The position numbers were made by a program, and so were the translations under genes. Source: Candidatus Jordarchaeales archaeon (GTDB lineage: Archaea; Asgardarchaeota; Jordiarchaeia; Jordiarchaeales; Freyrarchaeaceae). From it: a stretch of DNA of 11,779 nucleotides. The stretch lies in NCBI GenBank assembly GCA_038858525.1, contig JAWCFL010000027.1:11608-23386 (forward strand), given 5' to 3'. Below the pieces are notes generated by a model. That model searched no databases. It saw only the letters and a program-made list of their open reading frames with translations, and was not told the origin of the DNA. The first letter of the stretch is position 1, and each line of letters starts with the position of its first letter. Positions 6,602 through 11,779 of the stretch are shown in pieces.

Positions 6602-7033
6602 GTGGAGCGTACCAGAGGAGTTACTTTTCTCAGCTTAGTTTTCTGTGCTTTAGGCGTTTTTCTAGCGGCCATATCCATTTGGAGTTTAAGGGACTTGGTT
6701 AGCTGGGGTCTTCTCCAGTTTCTTGACACAGCTATACTCGCAATGTTTCTTGTGGCGGGATTAACATGTAGTGTTGCAGCCATAGGCCTTTTCCAGCTCA
6801 GAAACTGGGGGAGACGATTCATCATGGTTTTTTCTCTCTTTATGATAATTGCTGGCTTGGCTGGGATAATTCTTTCTCCTGATCAGTTCTCTTCGAGAAG
6901 CGCATTCTTCACCTTGCTCCTCTACAGGCTACCCCACTTCAACATTACTGGAGGAGTATTAGCTATTATCCTTGGGTTAACGGCGATCTGGTACCTTTCA
7001 AAGCCGAGAGTAAAGTTTTTGTTCTGGTGGTAA
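6602..7033 (+). CDS. Hypothetical integral membrane protein (about 4 TM helices)
   Basis: GTG start with AGGAGG SD at 6588-6593. Four hydrophobic segments; R.RGVT.L start, GL..L.NWGR loop and WYL.KP.VK end are typical of a widespread uncharacterised small membrane family. Confidence 0.8.
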   Translation: MERTRGVTFLSLVFCALGVFLAAISIWSLRDLVSWGLLQFLDTAILAMFLVAGLTCSVAAIGLFQLRNWGRRFIMVFSLFMIIAGLAGIILSPDQFSSRSAFFTLLLYRLPHFNITGGVLAIILGLTAIWYLSKPRVKFLFWW

Positions 7034-7133
7034 AATGCGCTTCTCATGATGGATGGCAAACTTACTAAAAAGAAATGCTTTGCCTTTTTACTTACACACG
7101 TGATAGGTGATTCCAAAAACTTTTATCGGTTGA

Positions 7134-7152
7134 GAAAAGAAAACTTTAAGGT
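7134..7152 (+). promoter_or_regulatory. Putative BRE/TATA for the V4R gene
   Basis: GAAAAGAAAACTTTAAGGT about 57-75 nt upstream of ATG 7209; near-identical in form to AAAAACCTTTAAGT upstream of the hydrolase. Confidence 0.45.
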
Positions 7153-7208
7153 TTGCTTCATAGACTATATACTTGGCTTTTTACAAGTAGGGTAGGAAGA
7201 GTGAACCA

Positions 7209-8402
7209 ATGAGAGACACTGAAGAAATGGTTGATGAGGTTAGGAATGGAGTTGCGATCGACGGGTGGCGGATTGTTTATGTAGGCATGCGTTACGCTTT
7301 CACTGCCCGGGAGCTCTTCATGAGGGTGGCCAAGGAATTGACGGGGTTTTTAGGGTCATCCGTTAGGAGTGTCATTTTACAGTTCACGTCCCTCTCGGGT
7401 TTAACCGAGATGGAGCGCATGCTGAAACAGGGTAATTTATTTTTTGAGGAGGCACTTGAAAGATACGCTAATTTTCTCACAGCTTCAGGATGGGGAGTTA
7501 CCGAGGTCGTTGAGTCAGACTTCAGCAAGCACGAGTTCGTGTTCAGGGTGCACAACTCTGGGTTTGCCACGTGGCTGAGGGACAACTTAGGCGACGTCGA
7601 AAAAGTCTTCCCATTTTACGACTGCGGCTTGCTAGGTTACCGCTTAGTGGGGGCCACTACAGCCATCTTAGAGGAAGCAGGCATAAAGGAGCCCTTATCC
7701 TACGAGGAAATAGAATGCTTGGCTAAAGGCGGACGCTACTGTGAGTTCCACGTAAAGAGGGACAATGACGCTGCCCCAATACGCAGGCTAGAAGAAGAGA
7801 TCCCAAGGCCAATGTTCAGCTATGACGAAGTGAAGGCTGCGTCGTGTGGCGTTAACCTGTCCAAAAGAAACCCGAGAAGCGTGATCGGCCATTTCCTTAA
7901 TGCCTTAGATGTGAAAGAGAGGGGGGTGCTTAAAGTGGGGAGGGACTGCGTCTTCTTTGTGCCGTCACTTCTTCACTCCATTGCCTACTGGATGCTACCT
8001 CTCGAAAAATTCGGCGACTTTATACATAATATTTACAGGAGGGCGATCAACGAGTATGGTAGAACCCTCGCAAAGGAAGGAGAAAGGTATGGCAGTATGG
8101 GTGTGACTGCGTTCTTCCTGAATTCGACTTCAGCTATGGGGTGGGGCGGAATGGAAATAGAGGAGTTCAGTGACTCAAAGGTCTCCTTCAAGATATACCA
8201 TTCACTTCTCGGCGAGGACGTTAAGGCGTACTCATCATGGAAAGGCTTAAGGCTTCAGCCATCATGCCACCTGATAGGCTACGTTGTTGAAGGCATACTA
8301 AATTACTTCGCAGAGCAGGAGGGGGATCGATTCACGGCGAAAGAGGAGAAATGCGTAGCAGCAGGTGACCCCCTATGCAAGTTCGTGATAGAAAAAGAGT
8401 GA
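7209..8402 (+). CDS. Tandem (2x) XylR_N-like/V4R domain protein, stand-alone small-molecule sensor
   Basis: Two repeats, each with an N-terminal hairpin, a GWG motif and a C..E-x2-C-x7-C set: C139/E167/C170/C178 (EEIECLAKGGRYCEF) and C353/E379/C382/C390 (EEKCVAAGDPLCKF). No AAA+, HTH or kinase domain. Confidence 0.88.
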   Translation: MRDTEEMVDEVRNGVAIDGWRIVYVGMRYAFTARELFMRVAKELTGFLGSSVRSVILQFTSLSGLTEMERMLKQGNLFFEEALERYANFLTASGWGVTEVVESDFSKHEFVFRVHNSGFATWLRDNLGDVEKVFPFYDCGLLGYRLVGATTAILEEAGIKEPLSYEEIECLAKGGRYCEFHVKRDNDAAPIRRLEEEIPRPMFSYDEVKAASCGVNLSKRNPRSVIGHFLNALDVKERGVLKVGRDCVFFVPSLLHSIAYWMLPLEKFGDFIHNIYRRAINEYGRTLAKEGERYGSMGVTAFFLNSTSAMGWGGMEIEEFSDSKVSFKIYHSLLGEDVKAYSSWKGLRLQPSCHLIGYVVEGILNYFAEQEGDRFTAKEEKCVAAGDPLCKFVIEKE

Positions 8403-8425
8403 ATTAGAGCTCGACAACTTCTCCC

Positions 8426-9595
8426 CTAAAACATATATTTTGCGGCCCTTAGTATGGCCACCTCCATGTTCCCTATGAGCTCAGACTTTGTAGGCTTCCC
8501 GGAAGCCACCATTAAAACCTCGTTTAGGATCCTCCTCCCCGCATCCTCTATAGTCTCTTCCCCCTCGATTATTGAACTGACATCCACGTCTATGTCGCAA
8601 CGCATCTTGTTGAAGGTCTCCTTGTTAGCTGTAACTTTCACCACCGGCGAGACAGGGCTTCCAGCGGGAGTTCCTCTACCAGTGGTAAAAATGATCACTT
8701 GGCATCCCGCCGCCGCTAAGCCTGTTATTGATTCAATGTCAAGGCCAGGCTCATTCATAAGGTAAAGGCCTTTCCCCTTCGGCTTTTCGCCATATCCAAG
8801 TACGTCCTGCACAGGCCTGCTTCCAGCCTTGCATATGGTGCCAAGTGACTTCTCCTCTATAGTTGTTATCCCGCCGGCAATGTTGCCAGGAGTAGGCTGG
8901 GCGCCACGGAAATCTATGCCCAGCTCCATCGCACGTTTAACGTAGTACTCGACGGCGTCATAGCACTTCTTGGCCACCTCGCTATTAACTGCACGCGAAG
9001 CCAGTATGTGTTCCGCTCCTATCCATTCAGATGACTCTGGAAGTATCACGGTTCCGCCAGCGTCAACAACAATGTCTGCTACAACCCCCACGGCGGGGTT
9101 CGAAGCTAAACCAGATGTTGCATCTGAACCGCCACACTCCGTTCCGAGCACAAGCTCATTCAAGCCACAAGGCTCCCTCTCCACATCCAAAGCGTCGCCA
9201 GCCATCTCAACCAGCAGCTCGCACCCCCTCTGCACAGCCTTCAAGCTTCCTCCCTCATCCTGAATGTTTATCCACTCCACTGGCTTCCCGGTCTTAGCTA
9301 TCTCGCCAGCAATCAAGCTGGCCGTGACGTTCTCACACCCTAACCCGACGACCAAGACACCGGCAACGTTAGGGTTTGCACCTAAGCCCGAAAGCGTCCC
9401 CCAAACTCTTAGAAAGTCTTCTCCTATGTGGCCGCAACCGTAAGGATGCGTGATTGACACGGCGTTCTTAACCTGCTCAGCTATTCTCCTAGCTACATGA
9501 TTGGCGCATGACACTGCCGAGACGACGAGCAGATGATTTCTTACGCCGACGCTTCCATCCTTCCTCCTATACCCCATAAATTCAAGCCCACTCAA
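8426..9595 (-). CDS. UxaA/GarD-family dehydratase (altronate/galactarate dehydratase-like), large/beta subunit
   Basis: Motifs GYRRKDGSVGVRNH, HPYGCG, GLGCEN, ECGGSDATSG, QPTPGNIAGGITTIEEKSLG and FTTGRGTPAG. Likely start is TTG 9595, overlapping the alpha-subunit TGA, after a GGAGG-rich SD; the track start is 9625. Confidence 0.93.
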   Translation of the reverse strand: MSGLEFMGYRRKDGSVGVRNHLLVVSAVSCANHVARRIAEQVKNAVSITHPYGCGHIGEDFLRVWGTLSGLGANPNVAGVLVVGLGCENVTASLIAGEIAKTGKPVEWINIQDEGGSLKAVQRGCELLVEMAGDALDVEREPCGLNELVLGTECGGSDATSGLASNPAVGVVADIVVDAGGTVILPESSEWIGAEHILASRAVNSEVAKKCYDAVEYYVKRAMELGIDFRGAQPTPGNIAGGITTIEEKSLGTICKAGSRPVQDVLGYGEKPKGKGLYLMNEPGLDIESITGLAAAGCQVIIFTTGRGTPAGSPVSPVVKVTANKETFNKMRCDIDVDVSSIIEGEETIEDAGRRILNEVLMVASGKPTKSELIGNMEVAILRAAKYMF

Positions 9596-9894
9596 CGCTC
9601 CCCCGCCTCCTTCATCGCCTTCCACACAAAGGAGCTCACTACGTTGTGAACGTGAACATGCTCCCCTGCCTTTATCGGCTTAGTCGCAACACCTATAACC
9701 TCCCCGTATTTCACCACGTTCCCTCCAACATCTATGTCTCTGAGGGCAAACTTGTGGCCGAATGGTATGTCGTTTTTAATCTCAACCTCCAACTCTCGAC
9801 CTCCAATTCTGACATTAACCTTTGTGCCTGAGCGTATTTCTGAAACTGCAGTGGCAACATTGTCTTTCTCACTCATAACTACAAACTTCACCAT
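9592..9894 (-). CDS. UxaA-family dehydratase small/alpha subunit (SAF domain)
   Basis: DNVATA...IPFGHKFALRDIDVGGNVVKYGEVIGVATKPIKAGEHVHVHNV is the UxaA N-terminal SAF domain. ATG 9894 has a GGTGA SD 5 nt upstream; the track start is 9912. Confidence 0.93.
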   Translation of the reverse strand: MVKFVVMSEKDNVATAVSEIRSGTKVNVRIGGRELEVEIKNDIPFGHKFALRDIDVGGNVVKYGEVIGVATKPIKAGEHVHVHNVVSSFVWKAMKEAGER

Positions 9895-9961
9895 AATGTT
9901 CACCAAAAACAAAAAGAGGGAGAAATAGCAGTAAAAGTTTTCCTAGGCGACGAGTTTTATC

Positions 9962-10759
9962 CTATTTAAGGAAGTCTATCACTAGTTTCACGAACCTCTC
10001 CCTCTCTTGAGTTATCAACCCATGTCCCGATCCTTCGAAGACTACCAGCTTAGCGTTCGGTATCTTTTCCGCTATTAACCTTCCATTTTCCGGCGGGACA
10101 AGTATGTCCTTTCCTCCCGAAACAACCAGAGTCGGCTTGTTGATGCTTCCAAGCCTATCGTAAGCGTTAAACTTCAGTATAGCGTTGATCTGCCTCATGT
10201 AGGCGTCGGCCGGAATAACGAACTTCGAGATCCTTTCAACAGTCGCCTCAGCAACCTCCGGGTGCGCCTTAATGAACTCCTCAGGGTAAAGTACTTTTAA
10301 CGTCTCCCTCGCTATTTGCTCGTCAGTTAACTTGCTTCTATCCATGGTCAATAGAGCCATCGCCTCAGGCTTAGGTGGAACAGTAACTTGCCCTCCAGGA
10401 GCAGTAACGCACAGAACGAGTTTCTCAACTCTGTCAGGGTAGTTTAACGCGACCTCCTGAGCTATCATGCCACCCATCGAAACTCCTAGAACATGCGCTT
10501 TACTGATACCCAAGTAATCCATCAGGCCAACGGTATCATCAGCGAACATCCCCATGGTATACTCTACTCCAGGCTTATCGGTTCTCCCAGCACCCCTATT
10601 GTCGAAAACCACCACCTTAAAATGCTTCGAGAACTCATCTATAATGAACGGGTCCCACCAGTACACGTTGGCTCCAAGCCCCATTATCATAACCAGCGGG
10701 AACCCCTCACCGTGGACCTCATAGTACATATTTAAGCCTCTAACCTTCGCGTAAGGCAT
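9962..10759 (-). CDS. Alpha/beta-fold hydrolase (3-oxoadipate enol-lactonase/esterase-like)
   Basis: FDNRGAGRTD motif, nucleophile elbow GVSMGG (S94), acid D218 (GGKDILVP) and H246 (GSGHGL) form an intact triad. GGAGGTGGAG SD. Confidence 0.93.
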   Translation of the reverse strand: MPYAKVRGLNMYYEVHGEGFPLVMIMGLGANVYWWDPFIIDEFSKHFKVVVFDNRGAGRTDKPGVEYTMGMFADDTVGLMDYLGISKAHVLGVSMGGMIAQEVALNYPDRVEKLVLCVTAPGGQVTVPPKPEAMALLTMDRSKLTDEQIARETLKVLYPEEFIKAHPEVAEATVERISKFVIPADAYMRQINAILKFNAYDRLGSINKPTLVVSGGKDILVPPENGRLIAEKIPNAKLVVFEGSGHGLITQERERFVKLVIDFLK

Positions 10760-10801
10760 TTACTCCACCTCCCACCCATTATGCACAACGTTGCACCATG
10801 A

Positions 10802-10818
10802 AAACTTAAAGGTTTTTC
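10802..10818 (-). promoter_or_regulatory. Putative BRE/TATA for the hydrolase gene
   Basis: Minus strand reads GAAAAACCTTTAAGTTT about 43-59 nt upstream of ATG 10759. Confidence 0.45.
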
Positions 10819-11585
10819 TTCCATCATAAGAACAGCCTCCAGAGTAGGCAAAGCTTCTGCGGCTTCTCATAAAAAACAAGCGCACACAAAATCAAAACGT
10901 GGCTTAAGATTTAACCTTATAGGTCTCTCAGGTGTTGCAAAAGAAGAGATATATGCCGGACCTACAACGCCAGGCTAATTAATGAGGATGGATCAAAATT
11001 TCTTGTTCGCATCCACTTTTTAACTTAATACATTGGAGCTCTGCAGCCTCCCAGAGCTACACTACGTGAGACGAACAGTATTTCGCAGCGGTGAAGCGAA
11101 TCCTTGAACGGTGTCTCAGAAATAATATCCCCACCATCGGCTTCATCCTTAAAACGCCACTTCCCTCACGTAGCGATGTTGAAATTAAAGACGTAACTGC
11201 TTCCCGGTCTCCACTAAAGCTCATCGAATTGCGTGCAATGCATAAAACGTCGAAAAAACGCCCCATTTTCTGCAACTCTAACGGGCTATGTTAATCCAGC
11301 AACATACTAGTTTATCTACTTGCAAGCTCCAGTTTCCCGTTATTTCATGGAAACTAGCCTTACAGGAAAATCCCTATGGGAGAACGTCAGCATAACTTTC
11401 CTCCAGCCCATGAAAAACAAGAATGCCACGCTCATCCGAAACGCCAGCATCCGGCGACGTCACAGTGTATAATTTTTCTCTACGGAAAGCGACACGAACC
11501 CAAATGGTCTCCTAAACGTAGGAGTCAACGTTTCTCTAAAGAAAAAATTAATAGTAAAACTAATAAATGATTTATTTAGGAGGGA

Positions 11586-11779
11586 CTAGAGCATGTATGC
11601 TTTCACGATGCAATGTGGCTTGTTAAACTCGATGAGATCATAGTCCCAATCGTATCCTGAGGAAAACTTGAAGAACTGGCAGAGCGATGAAACAACGGGG
11701 CACATCATTCTTCCATCAACTCTTCTAAGAATATTCTCACTAAATGCACGCAGGCAAGCATCCTTATAGTAACAGCTTG
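11586..11779 (-). CDS. C-terminal 63 aa of a Cys-containing protein, possibly V4R/ATC-hydrolase/MetOD1-like; begins beyond the right edge
   Basis: Not in the track. Open frame from the edge: SCYYKDACLRAFSENILRRVDGRMMCPVVSSLCQFFKFSSGYDWDYDLIEFNKPHCIVKAYML* (TAG at 11586-11588). The C-x5-C...CP...C-terminal C pattern before a last beta-strand recalls V4R-superfamily folds. Confidence 0.5.
   Translation of the reverse strand, partial: SCYYKDACLRAFSENILRRVDGRMMCPVVSSLCQFFKFSSGYDWDYDLIEFNKPHCIVKAYML

Noticed and set aside
8426-9894. Calling the pair suyAB or uxaA outright
   Set aside because: The family is clear but the substrate is not; motifs differ from recalled SuyB and no pathway context is present.
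2710-10735. Other short overlapping ORFs in the track (2710..2976, 3409..3675, 5198..5494, 5239..5445, 5497..5700, 5562..5747, 5797..6015, 6156..6341, 6580..6825, 6922..7116, 7292..7585, 8454..8765, 8970..9263, 9031..9297, 9646..9831, 9734..9928, 10493..10735)
   Set aside because: All lie antisense or out of frame within better-supported genes and show no family signal.
11057-11570. ORFs 11057..11275(-) and 11376..11570(+) as real genes
   Set aside because: No SD, atypical composition and no motifs; treated as debris.
1-11779. tRNA, rRNA, IS/transposase or integrase genes
   Set aside because: No tRNA T-loop/CCA cloverleaf (GGTTCGA hits at about 3623 and 9097 fall inside CDSs), no rRNA-like segments, and no DDE or tyrosine-recombinase motifs.

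Overview
Archaeal-looking genomic window with GGTGG/GGAGG/GGTGA ribosome-binding sites, AAAA(A/C)CTTTAA-type BRE/TATA motifs and archaeal gene families. A stand-alone tandem V4R protein and a SSUH2-like zinc protein suggest an Asgard or related thermophilic lineage, but this is inference only. Left to right: 5' part of a type II (Ca2+-like) P-type ATPase (-); an HhH-GPD glycosylase-like protein (-); an unannotated, heavily frameshifted HEPN-toxin/MNT-antitoxin pseudogene pair (+); a YafJ-like class II amidotransferase (+); an intact AbrB-VapC toxin-antitoxin pair (+); a decayed ORF region; a small helical DUF3227-like protein (-); a J-domain-less protein with eight 11-residue-spaced CxxCxGxG motifs resembling eukaryotic SSUH2 (-); a possible 36-aa ORF plus a 4-TM membrane protein (+); an output-less tandem XylR_N/V4R sensor (+); split UxaA/GarD-family dehydratase alpha and beta subunits (-); an alpha/beta hydrolase (-); more decayed DNA; and the 3' end of a Cys-containing, possibly V4R-superfamily protein (-). 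No rRNA, tRNA, CRISPR array or transposase is supported. The best candidate for something new is the SSUH2-like zinc-finger protein and its signalling-like neighbourhood. All family assignments come from motif recognition and recalled sequences, not database searches.
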